Positions 1 through 8,134 are shown, counted from the stretch's first letter. The stretch: DNA of 64,000 nt from Planctomycetaceae bacterium (GCA_031277105.1 JAISLW010000268.1:98698-162697); one strand, 5' to 3'. Notes: a model not told the origin generated them from the letters alone. Translations and numbers: made by a program.

Positions 1-116
1 AAATATTCCAACCACTGAATATATTGCGTACTAGAAGTTTCACGCATCACACGCTCAACCGACATCCCAAGACGATCAGCCAATCGATACCAACCGCGCA
101 AACGATCTAGTTTTTT
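1..116 (-). CDS. tail assembly chaperone -1 frameshift extension (lambda gpT-like); continues past the window edge
   Basis: The -1 frame relative to ORF 107..544 stays open from the slippery site to base 1 and reads LDRLRGWYRLADRLGMSVERVMRETSSTQYIQWLEY. It lies directly downstream of a tail-tube-like gene, the canonical G/GT position. Confidence 0.5.
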
Positions 117-544
117 ATTGCAGCCTCCATCGATACAACTGTAAAACCATTCAACTCATTCGCCAACTCCGTCAACTCCGTCAATACACGACTAGGAAAA
201 GCATTCAACTCCTTGTCCGTAACACGAACCAACTCATCGCCAACACGCCAAAACATACAACTAGTCAATAACAACGACGTTAAACCAGTTATACTCTTAA
301 CGCCAGAAGCAGAACCATCACGACTAAAATTAACATGACTCTGCAACGAATTCAAATAATCCTCACGCTCGCGACCGCTCATCTCACGCAAAACAGCCTC
401 CAAACGCTCGCCACCACGACTCAATAAAACAGACTCCTCGCGAAAACTTAAATCAAACTCCCTAGACATACGCTTTACTCCAATATACACGCCTTCAAAT
501 AATAAAAAATAATCGGCAGGCGAAAGCGCATAAACTCCTGCCAA
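107..544 (-). CDS. tail assembly chaperone (gpG-like) candidate
   Basis: 145-aa ORF between the tail-tube-like gene and the -1 frame extension. It ends ...AIKN* on a slippery heptamer. Function is assigned by position only. Confidence 0.5.
   Translation of the reverse strand: MAGVYALSPADYFLLFEGVYIGVKRMSREFDLSFREESVLLSRGGERLEAVLREMSGREREDYLNSLQSHVNFSRDGSASGVKSITGLTSLLLTSCMFWRVGDELVRVTDKELNAFPSRVLTELTELANELNGFTVVSMEAAIKN
110..116 (-). promoter_or_regulatory. -1 programmed ribosomal frameshift slippery heptamer A_AAA_AAC
   Basis: Minus strand reads GCA ATA AAA AAC TAG. The heptamer fits X_XXY_YYZ in the zero frame and abuts the stop codon. Confidence 0.55.
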
Positions 545-641
545 TTACCAAACCCACTATTAAGCAGGCTCGTTTGACCACCCATCACCTACTATACAAA
601 ACCAAAAAACAAAATCCAACCCAAAATATACCCGCGTTTGA

Positions 642-1427
642 CTACACGCCAAAATAATCACGTATCTTCTGACGAACATCATTTATATCAAACGAATCAT
701 ATAAACCCATCGTGTCAACACCATTACGCAAACGCCTAAACAACTTCGGATCTTCACGATTCTCCCGAATACGCTGCCACAACTCACACTGCTTCGCACA
801 AATATAACCATAACTACGTAATAACGGATTAAACGTAGGCGGATCAGGAGGCGGCTCTAAACCCGTATAACCAGGATTATTTGCTGTCTCGCCCACAGCG
901 CCCTCTTGACCTTTGTTCATTTGCCAAACAGTACCCGTTTCAGAGTTATACGCTAAATATGCACCTTCCTCGAAATAGTTTGGCTTCATTTCTTTACCTG
1001 TATTATCTTGATTGGATGCAGTTATTGAACAGGAAGCAGTAGGTTGCGTTCCCTCCGAAACTTCGCCAGGCGCAAACGAATTCAACCAGCCCCAAAAAGC
1101 CATTTTTGTACCATCGCCAAATGTAAGTACAGTAATTTGATTTTTGTTGATCTGATTTCGTAATTCTTTCATACCAACAACAGCATAAGCGGCAGTAAAT
1201 GACGTGTCTGTCATTGTACGCAAATGTTTCGGGATATTAGTTCGCCATTGGATGTTATGCATTGTCGTAGTTTCGTTAGCCCCTCCTCCATCTATTCCAG
1301 GTGGGGTCAATGCCTTTTCCCATAGGCACGCTCCTTCGGCTAATGAGATTACAGTTGGATGACCATCATCCAGTCTATGTTTGCCTGACCTTGAATCTGC
1401 AACGGGTATTTCAGGTTCTTGTGCCAT
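642..1427 (-). CDS. major tail (tube) protein candidate
   Basis: 261-aa ORF with a strong SD (AAAGGAGAACTAATT-ATG), immediately upstream of the G/GT-like pair. Call is by synteny and beta-rich composition; no diagnostic motif. Confidence 0.45.
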   Translation of the reverse strand: MAQEPEIPVADSRSGKHRLDDGHPTVISLAEGACLWEKALTPPGIDGGGANETTTMHNIQWRTNIPKHLRTMTDTSFTAAYAVVGMKELRNQINKNQITVLTFGDGTKMAFWGWLNSFAPGEVSEGTQPTASCSITASNQDNTGKEMKPNYFEEGAYLAYNSETGTVWQMNKGQEGAVGETANNPGYTGLEPPPDPPTFNPLLRSYGYICAKQCELWQRIRENREDPKLFRRLRNGVDTMGLYDSFDINDVRQKIRDYFGV

Positions 1428-1441
1428 AATTAGTTCTCCTT

Positions 1442-1831
1442 TTAGTTAAAATTGTTTTGCGCTTCCCTTTTTAACGTTTCTGGTTTAATTTGTTCTTGTT
1501 GTGTTGTGTCGTTTTTTATTTTTTTTTGCCACTTGGGATTGGTTGTTGTTGGTTCACTATTTGACTGTTTTTGTGTTGTATGTTCAATTGGGTTTTCTGA
1601 TTCTTTTTTTATTTCAGCATGTTGTGTAATGTTTTTATTTTTTTCTTCTTGTAATGTTTTTTCTATTTCATTTGGGGTTGTGTATCTTGATTGTTTTGAG
1701 GTTGGCGTTATTTCTGGTTTTGGTTTTGTTATGACGTACCATCCTCCTCCTCTGATTTCAATTTCTTGTCCTTTTTGGTTGTAGACTCGTCCGTTTTTTT
1801 TTGTACATCCTGCGGGAATATTATTGTTCAT
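1442..1831 (-). CDS. hypothetical Lys/Thr/Glu-rich protein
   Basis: 129-aa ORF in the same direction as its neighbours. Low-complexity, basic. Confidence 0.45.
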   Translation of the reverse strand: MNNNIPAGCTKKNGRVYNQKGQEIEIRGGGWYVITKPKPEITPTSKQSRYTTPNEIEKTLQEEKNKNITQHAEIKKESENPIEHTTQKQSNSEPTTTNPKWQKKIKNDTTQQEQIKPETLKREAQNNFN

Positions 1832-1940
1832 ATTATTTTCCTTATTAAAATTTATTTTTTAGTAGGATTTGTTATTTATGCATGGCGTATCGTAGCACAA
1901 AAGTAGAATATTGTGTTAAATGGAGTTTGCGTAATAGATA

Positions 1941-1979
1941 CAAAAAAAGCGTGTATCCTGTTGTTTTTGGATACACGCT
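1941..1979 (-). terminator. rho-independent (bidirectional) terminator after the lipoprotein gene
   Basis: 11-bp perfect stem AGCGTGTATCC / GGATACACGCT (1948-1958 / 1969-1979) with a 10-nt loop. It is flanked by an A-run on one side and a T-run on the other. Confidence 0.65.
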
Positions 1980-2003
1980 TTTTTGTTTTTTTAGAGTTAT
2001 TAA

Positions 2004-2948
2004 TTAGTTGTTTATTACGCCGTCGTTTTCTCTTGGTGTTGTGTTTATGTCAATGGAGTTGTTTGTTGCGTTTGTTGTTGTGTTTGGGGGATTTCCGTAT
2101 ATGATGGGCAATAAAATAAAATTATTTCCTTCTTTGCTTTTGAACAGTGTTAATTCTTGTTCACCGAATATTTCGTATAAAGTTTCTTCTGTTGGGGTTG
2201 TGGTTTGTGTTACGTATATTAAGTCGTTTTGGTCGTTTGCGTCTGGCGGCAGGTATATTATTGTGTACGAGCCTTGTTCAAATGCGTAATTTTCGGGCGA
2301 GACGTGGTATTCGTCTGGCATTATATTACAGAATTTGAAATTTCTATAAGATGTGAGGTCGCCTTCGCCTACATAATCGTTTGGTGCAAATCCTGTAGTA
2401 CAAGTTCCGTACATCCAGTCGTGTTCAGCGTTATACTTATAATTTACGTATAGGAATGGTTTGACTGTATATGTTATTGTACCGTCGTTCCATGTTGTTT
2501 TGTACGGTGCGTTGTTGTATGGTTTTAGTAATGTGTATAGAATAGCGGTGTATTCTATAAATGCGATATTTTCGTATTTATCGTAGAAGTCGGTTTCTTT
2601 TGCTTCAGGAAGTGTGCTTGAGTCGGAAACGATATATTTTACCCCGTTTGAGTAGATCATATCTTGCATATTTGTGGGGTTTTCTAGGAATGGTTTTGTT
2701 GTTTGTTTTGTGGTGTATCGTTCTGTGTTGTTGTTTTGTGTTGTTATGAAGTGGGTGTAATAGTTTCCTGTACCTTCTCCGTTATCTTTCCAATCGTTGT
2801 CGGTTGGGTTATCTGGGTTATCAGGGTTATCAGGTTCGTTTACGTTTGGTTCGTTTGTGTTGTTTGCGGTGTTGGAGTCGCAACAACACCCTGCGAACAG
2901 GATGGTGATGGTCAATAGTAACGCGAGTAATGTGTAATTTGTTTTCAT
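2004..2948 (-). CDS. phage-encoded lipoprotein (candidate superinfection-exclusion/moron)
   Basis: N-terminus MKTNYTLLALLLTITILFAGCCCDS is a signal peptide plus a lipobox-like FAGC. It is followed by an Asn/Pro/Asp-rich linker (PDNPDNPDNP). Confidence 0.65.
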   Translation of the reverse strand: MKTNYTLLALLLTITILFAGCCCDSNTANNTNEPNVNEPDNPDNPDNPTDNDWKDNGEGTGNYYTHFITTQNNNTERYTTKQTTKPFLENPTNMQDMIYSNGVKYIVSDSSTLPEAKETDFYDKYENIAFIEYTAILYTLLKPYNNAPYKTTWNDGTITYTVKPFLYVNYKYNAEHDWMYGTCTTGFAPNDYVGEGDLTSYRNFKFCNIMPDEYHVSPENYAFEQGSYTIIYLPPDANDQNDLIYVTQTTTPTEETLYEIFGEQELTLFKSKEGNNFILLPIIYGNPPNTTTNATNNSIDINTTPRENDGVINN

Positions 2949-3033
2949 GTTTTTTTTGGGGGTTGTTAAAAATTCAACAAAATTTTAATTTTTTACTTTG
3001 ACTGTTTCGGATACTTATTATAATTATCCTTTA

Positions 3034-3071
3034 CTTCTACTATTGTAGAAGTATTATTTAATTTCTACTAT
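3034..3071. repeat. 38-nt conserved intergenic element, copy 1 (hairpin CTTCTAC-TATT-GTAGAAG plus AT-rich tail)
   Basis: 34/38 identical to 10012..10049. The stem changes are pairing-compatible on the minus strand. Confidence 0.6.
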
Positions 3072-3206
3072 CGTAGATTTATGTTTTAATTTAGTTTATG
3101 TTTTTTTGGTATGTGTGTTTAAAATTTTAATTTTGTGTTTAAAGTTGTTTAATGATTTCGGGTTGTACTGGTTGTGTCGATTTTATTATTTGACTTGTTT
3201 TGTTTT

Positions 3207-4100
3207 TTATTCTTTTATATTTTCTACTGGCGTTTGTGAGTTTGTCATATATGTTTTTCCGGTGATTTCACCTGTATAGAAGTCTTCGTTTAGAAATCGT
3301 AATAATTGTTTAATGTCTTTTTTGTTTTCTGGGAATACGATAGTGTTGTTGACATTTTTTATATTTATGCTGTATTTTTTTGCTTTTTTTTGTATTGTTT
3401 CGATGTTTTTTATTTTTTCGATGTTATTTTGAGTAATGATAGACGTGATTTGTTTCCTTGCCCAATCGTCAACGTTATCTATTATGTTTTGGGTATTTTT
3501 ACACGTGAATATTTTATTTTTTAGTAATGATGTGATTTGTGCATCAGTTGCGTTCTTGAAATAATCGGTTAGGTTGAGAAATCTTTTTACAATTTCGTAT
3601 GATCTGAAATAGAGTTTTTGTTCTTTGTACGTTGCTACTAATTTGGAGTCGATAATGAATCCAGGGTTGTTTAATTGAGTGAAAGTGCTATTAGAAAAAA
3701 TGAAAATAAATTTATTTTTTTCTATTGTTTTGGCGGCTGTAGAATATTGGAATAGAATGTTGCTATTTCTTTGTTGGTCTGTATCTACCGCGAAAATGGA
3801 ATGTATTCTATACGTTTCTGTTTTTTTCATTTCAAATGGTTCGATAGAATCTGGTTGGTCAATTGCGTTTTGGTATATTTGGGGTAATTTGTAAGGTTTT
3901 ATGAACAGGATTTCAGCAGGGCTGCATTTGAAATTAGTTTCTGAAAATCGTATTTTTGTGGTATCATTTTTTATGAAATCGTTTAACTGATCGTCAAATA
4001 TATTTGCTAGTGCGTTAGTTACATCATCAGCCATGTTGATGCGTTTAATCGTCAATCCTTGTTTTGTCGTTCCAGTTATCGTAACGTAAAACTTCTTCAT
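3207..4100 (-). CDS. KwaB-like (DUF4868-like) protein candidate
   Basis: 297 aa, with an ATG at 4100 preceded by AGGAGATAACGAAT. Size and sequence pattern (..LYFRSYEIVKRFLNLTDYF.., C-terminal LLRFLNEDFYTGEITGKTY) match my recollection of DUF4868. It follows a 4-TM protein as in Kiwa. Confidence 0.45.
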   Translation of the reverse strand: MKKFYVTITGTTKQGLTIKRINMADDVTNALANIFDDQLNDFIKNDTTKIRFSETNFKCSPAEILFIKPYKLPQIYQNAIDQPDSIEPFEMKKTETYRIHSIFAVDTDQQRNSNILFQYSTAAKTIEKNKFIFIFSNSTFTQLNNPGFIIDSKLVATYKEQKLYFRSYEIVKRFLNLTDYFKNATDAQITSLLKNKIFTCKNTQNIIDNVDDWARKQITSIITQNNIEKIKNIETIQKKAKKYSINIKNVNNTIVFPENKKDIKQLLRFLNEDFYTGEITGKTYMTNSQTPVENIKE

Positions 4101-4632
4101 ATTCGTTATCTCCTGCGTCTATGTAAACGAAGTTCCACAATTCGCGTACATTTAATGTTTGCTTTTGTATTCGGTGCGTTTTGTTTGAGAGTAACATTCC
4201 GGTGTTTCCTGCTGTTGTTTTAATTTCGTAGAAGTGATAACCGAATAAACCTATCAACGGGTTGAAATGGAACGTGTTTGTGTGGAAAACGCACAAAATT
4301 AAAATGACCATCACGATTATTGAAACAAATGAATTGTTTCGTAAATCTATTGTACCGTTAGAAACAACGGGTAACAAGTATGCGATCATGTACGCTAACG
4401 TTTCTTTGTCGGTTGACGTAATGGCGATGATGTGTATTGGTTCTTTTGCCGCTTGGGGCGCTATATTGTAAATGACGATGTAACAAGCGATTACTAGCGC
4501 TAGGGCGATAACGGTGAGTATTATAGGCAATACGCAACTATTATATTTATCGAAATCGCAGGCTGCGAAAACAAATAATATCGGCGATAAAGAAGTAAGA
4601 ACGAATAACAATTTGACTATTTGACTTAACAT
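4045..4632 (-). CDS. four-pass membrane protein, KwaA-like candidate (alternative: cyclic-nucleotide-gated effector)
   Basis: 195 aa with about 4 hydrophobic helices, then a short beta-rich tail (NPLIGLFGYHFYEIKTTAGNTGMLL). Its 3' end overlaps the next gene by 56 nt. Confidence 0.45.
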   Translation of the reverse strand: MLSQIVKLLFVLTSLSPILFVFAACDFDKYNSCVLPIILTVIALALVIACYIVIYNIAPQAAKEPIHIIAITSTDKETLAYMIAYLLPVVSNGTIDLRNNSFVSIIVMVILILCVFHTNTFHFNPLIGLFGYHFYEIKTTAGNTGMLLSNKTHRIQKQTLNVRELWNFVYIDAGDNEYEEVLRYDNWNDKTRIDD

Positions 4633-4688
4633 ATAAATAATTTTTTCAACAAAAGTTTTATTTTGATTGTTTTTAACCCCTGCGTGAT

Positions 4689-4697
4689 ATTATAACA
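4689..4697 (-). promoter_or_regulatory. extended -10 promoter candidate (TGTTATAAT) upstream of the TM gene
   Basis: Minus strand reads TGTTATAAT about 57 nt upstream of the ATG at 4632, inside the 121-nt gap after the cyclase gene. Confidence 0.3.
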
Positions 4698-4753
4698 ATA
4701 ATGTTGAAATGGAACTGAATTATTTATTACGTTATTGACTGCGTCATGTTTTA

Positions 4754-5713
4754 TTATATTTCATTTTTATCGTATGATTTTATGATGTTTCGTTGTTGTT
4801 CAAAGTTTTTTGGTATGCTTTTGAAGTTATTTGTTTTATTGTTTTCAATGAAAGGTTTAATGAAGTCTGACGGTTTTGTACGTTTTGCGATTGTGTTGCA
4901 GAATTTAACGATTGATTTGCAATCGCATGGCGCTGCGTTATTTTCCCACTGATTTTCAATGGTTTTGTCGTTGAACATGGAAAGCCAGAATACGGGATAC
5001 GGTTTTCCTGAAAAGACTCCTTTTAGATCGTGGTATCCTGCGAATTTTATTTTTGATTCGATGAATTTGAGTAAAGTGTTTTGTTCTTTTAATAAGGAAT
5101 CGGCAATCATCCATAACAAGTCTAGCGATATGACTAATTTATGTGAAGTAGCGAATTTTGTTAATCTGAATCCGCAATCTATCGAGATGCCTACGAAATC
5201 GATGGAGTCGTTATTTTTTTGGTTTGTACTTGTTGCTGATTTTGGCATTAGTACGATTCTGTTATTTACAGGAAAACCTGCGATCCATGCAGTACCTTTG
5301 CAACGTGGTTTTATTTTTTGTTTTTCGAGAAAATCGTTGTAATTTGTGATTGTTTGATAGAACGCTCTTATATGCTCTAATGTTTGTCTTGGGTCGGTCA
5401 ACGGTGCGTAGAATAATATTTCATCGCCTACGTATTTCCATAACACAGGGTATAATGGTTTATAAATAGTTGTACTATCGTCAATTGCGCTATATTGTTG
5501 TAGAAATTGTATTGGGAAGTTTTTATAAAACGTTTTGAACGTATCGCACCAATCGATGTCGTTATGTTTTTTTCTAGTTTCAGATTTATACGCTGTTGAA
5601 CCTTCAATATCAACCGAAAAGAAAATACACATACACCAGTTATTGTCCTTTTCCGCTTTCCTAACAATTGCTTCGGATTCCTTTGCGTATTTGTTTGTTT
5701 TTATTTTAACCAT
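4754..5713 (-). CDS. class III nucleotidyl cyclase-fold protein (cyclase homology / palm domain)
   Basis: Four motifs in cyclase order. FFSVDIEGST matches F-x-D-I-x-G-[FS]-T (first metal Asp). WKYVGDEILFY matches K-x-x-GD (second metal Asp). DFVGISIDCGFRLTKFA matches G-x-x-V-N-x-A-x-R-L. GYHDLKGVFSGKPYPVFWL matches the L-K-G...V-Y-x-L end of the CHD. Confidence 0.65.
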   Translation of the reverse strand: MVKIKTNKYAKESEAIVRKAEKDNNWCMCIFFSVDIEGSTAYKSETRKKHNDIDWCDTFKTFYKNFPIQFLQQYSAIDDSTTIYKPLYPVLWKYVGDEILFYAPLTDPRQTLEHIRAFYQTITNYNDFLEKQKIKPRCKGTAWIAGFPVNNRIVLMPKSATSTNQKNNDSIDFVGISIDCGFRLTKFATSHKLVISLDLLWMIADSLLKEQNTLLKFIESKIKFAGYHDLKGVFSGKPYPVFWLSMFNDKTIENQWENNAAPCDCKSIVKFCNTIAKRTKPSDFIKPFIENNKTNNFKSIPKNFEQQRNIIKSYDKNEI

Positions 5714-6266
5714 TTTTATTTTTTTGCCATTCTATTCTGCTTTCTATTATTTTTTGTGGTAATAGGAAAAAAGGTATCCACCAATTTATGTCTTGTTTGT
5801 ACATTTTTTCGGCTTTTTCTACTAGATCGGTAGGCATCAGAAAACCTAATGCAAATGCGTGGGCTTCCTGTTCAATTCTGGTATTTCCTTTATGACATGC
5901 ATAACATCTACCTTTGCTTGAGTGCAAAATATAATGGGCATACTCATGTATCATTTTGTATCGTTTGGTAATATCCAATACGTGCATAGGAATAATTATG
6001 TCAAATAATTTATCTTTATGTACGTAAATAGTTGTATCGAAAATGTCCTGATGTTTTTTGAATTGTAACATGTCAATGTAATGGATTTCACCTTTTTCTG
6101 ATTCGATAAATTCGTGTATTTCGCTGGGAGTCAAGACGCGTTTGTTTGATTTATTAATTTTTTTACCTAATGTTTCGCCTTCTTGAAATATTTCACGTAG
6201 GTTACGGTTGCACTTGACCATCGGTTTGTAATTTGATTTTATTTTTAATAAGTTTTTTAATGTCAT
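5706..6266 (-). CDS. ImmA/IrrE-family (M78, COG2856-like) zinc metallopeptidase
   Basis: HEYAHYILH (HExxH) followed by EQEAHAFALGFLMP, the family's E-x-x-A-N-x-F-A-x-x-L-L-M-P block. Strong SD (AAAGGAGTATTAAA-ATG). Its stop overlaps the cyclase start by 8 nt. Confidence 0.8.
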   Translation of the reverse strand: MTLKNLLKIKSNYKPMVKCNRNLREIFQEGETLGKKINKSNKRVLTPSEIHEFIESEKGEIHYIDMLQFKKHQDIFDTTIYVHKDKLFDIIIPMHVLDITKRYKMIHEYAHYILHSSKGRCYACHKGNTRIEQEAHAFALGFLMPTDLVEKAEKMYKQDINWWIPFFLLPQKIIESRIEWQKNKNG

Positions 6267-6446
6267 TTTAATACTCCTTTGACGTATTTTTACACTTTGG
6301 TAGCGTTTAAATACATCGTAAATGTTTTTTTTGTTGGGGGAAAACGCATAATTTGCGAAACGAATTATTACATTTAAGAAAAACAGGTCAACTTATAGGT
6401 ATTGTATTTGGCGCAATATGTTTATTTGATTGTGTCATGTTTTTAT

Positions 6447-6725
6447 TTAATGTGAAGTGTTTACGTTATGGAGTATCATTCTTGTAATAATGGGCGATTC
6501 GAGTGGCTGTTTTCCTTTGTTTTTTTGTTTTACGTTGGGTATATACTTTTTTGCTAGGACGAGTCCTAGTAGTAATGAGTTCGCAATAATTACGTACTGT
6601 AAGTACAATCTTATATTTGATTCAATGTTGAACAGGGTTTTATAGGTTTGGTTTTGGTCTTTTTTTATTATGATTTTTTGGACGGTTTGTTGCATTTTTT
6701 TTGATTTATTTTTCGTCTGATTCAT
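6447..6725 (-). CDS. small basic single-pass membrane protein, hypothetical
   Basis: 92 aa, Lys-rich with one hydrophobic helix (YVIIANSLLLGLVLA). Overlaps the upstream ORF by 20 nt. Confidence 0.4.
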   Translation of the reverse strand: MNQTKNKSKKMQQTVQKIIIKKDQNQTYKTLFNIESNIRLYLQYVIIANSLLLGLVLAKKYIPNVKQKNKGKQPLESPIITRMILHNVNTSH

Positions 6726-6987
6726 CGCGGTTTTGTATTTTGTTTACGAGTAATTTTCGGATTGACCATGCAGGTACAAGTCCGATACAACCGTTGAGCC
6801 TTATTTCCATATATTGGTAATCAGCATAATTGATGGTTGGGTCGGTTATTCCAAGCCATCTTAATTCATCTCTTGCAGCAAACAATTTGTACTTTATTGC
6901 AGACAATATTACAGGGCAAATTAGACCGTAATACGTGCAAAAAACCGTAAAAGCGATCATTAAAACCCAAAAACAAATTTCTAACAT
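6706..6987 (-). CDS. small membrane protein, hypothetical
   Basis: 93 aa with two N-terminal hydrophobic helices. Confidence 0.45.
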   Translation of the reverse strand: MLEICFWVLMIAFTVFCTYYGLICPVILSAIKYKLFAARDELRWLGITDPTINYADYQYMEIRLNGCIGLVPAWSIRKLLVNKIQNRDESDEK

Positions 6988-7190
6988 ATACTTATTATTC
7001 CTTCGATGGTTGTTTGGTTGCTGTTTTCGGTATAATCGACATTTTTATTATACGGTGTGAGAAAAAATGGTCAATTGTGTTGTTTTACGTTTGTTGTCGT
7101 TGCGTTGTGTTTGTTGGCGTTATTATACCGTGTGCTTAAAAACGGTCAATTGCGGGTTGTTATGTTTGTTAGATTGTAATTGTGTATTAT

Positions 7191-7484
7191 TTAATAACCG
7201 TATCGGTCATAATTTTGATGTTTGGCGAAATATTGGTCGACTAATGTTCGTAATGCTTCAACGTCGTCGCCTTTACAACGATGCTTGTCGACAAATTCAG
7301 CGGCGTGTCCTAATAACAACGGCATGTTTTGTTGTAATTTTAACGTTTTTCGTATTTTTTTTGCTAATTTTTTTGTTGGTTCATATCCGCTGTTACGTGT
7401 AGAACCCAAATGCCATATCGAACTATAACGCCACGAAATACAAGTCGACCAATTGTTACGAAAATAATCTTCTCTTGTTACCAT
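7191..7484 (-). CDS. hypothetical protein
   Basis: 97-aa ORF 8 nt downstream of the DUF3037-like gene. Confidence 0.4.
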   Translation of the reverse strand: MVTREDYFRNNWSTCISWRYSSIWHLGSTRNSGYEPTKKLAKKIRKTLKLQQNMPLLLGHAAEFVDKHRCKGDDVEALRTLVDQYFAKHQNYDRYGY

Positions 7485-7492
7485 TGTTTTTG

Positions 7493-7855
7493 TTAAGTTT
7501 GTCTGAAAATGTAATCGAATAATTCATCTATATCTTTTTGCGGATTTGTTATTAACATTGATTTCGGTTCTGTCAATTGGATGGCGTTTGCTCTTGTTGT
7601 TTGGAATTGTTTTAATGCGTTTAGCGTAATAATGTTTTTGTCTTTGACTAGTTTTGAAAAATGTTGTTTTGTCGATTCGATTTGGTCTAGCGGTTGGTTT
7701 TTTCCGAAAATAGATTTAATTCTTTTGCGACATGATTTGACCATTTTAATTTCACTGAAATTTAATTCTGGACAAATTACTATTACGCCGAGATTGCAAA
7801 CTTCCATCCTAGTCGCATCTGGACAATACTGAATTACGCTGTAGTAACCTTGCAT
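7493..7855 (-). CDS. DUF3037-like protein
   Basis: N-terminus YYSVIQYCPDATRMEVCNLGVIVICPE resembles the Y-S-V-x-R-Y-x-P-D...E-x-x-N-x-G-V-V signature I recall for DUF3037. Confidence 0.45.
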   Translation of the reverse strand: MQGYYSVIQYCPDATRMEVCNLGVIVICPELNFSEIKMVKSCRKRIKSIFGKNQPLDQIESTKQHFSKLVKDKNIITLNALKQFQTTRANAIQLTEPKSMLITNPQKDIDELFDYIFRQT

Positions 7856-8121
7856 ATTTCTTTTTTTATTTGTTCGTTGTAGTTTGATATTGCTTCATCG
7901 AAAACATCGGCGCAAAAAACTGTTTCACAATATTCCCCTATAAGCGTATAGAATTGGACGGCTGTATTTCCGTCAAGTCGCCGATATAATATACTCATAA
8001 CATCATCATAATCGATGTCTAATAAAAATATCCTTAATCTGTTTTCATAATCAGATATATTTTTGCGGACGAACTCTTTGATTTTTTCTGTACTGTGGTA
8101 TTGCTTCTTTTTCTTTTTCAT
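7834..8121 (-). CDS. hypothetical protein
   Basis: 95-aa ORF directly downstream of thyX. Confidence 0.45.
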   Translation of the reverse strand: MKKKKKQYHSTEKIKEFVRKNISDYENRLRIFLLDIDYDDVMSILYRRLDGNTAVQFYTLIGEYCETVFCADVFDEAISNYNEQIKKEICKVTTA

Positions 8122-8134
8122 GTTTTTTATTGGT

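Noticed and set aside
4045-4632. Annotating the 195-aa TM protein as a canonical Pycsar effector.
   Set aside because: After four helices only about 60 soluble residues remain, too few for a cyclic-nucleotide-binding domain. A 121-nt gap with its own -10 separates it from the cyclase. This is kept only as an alternative hypothesis.
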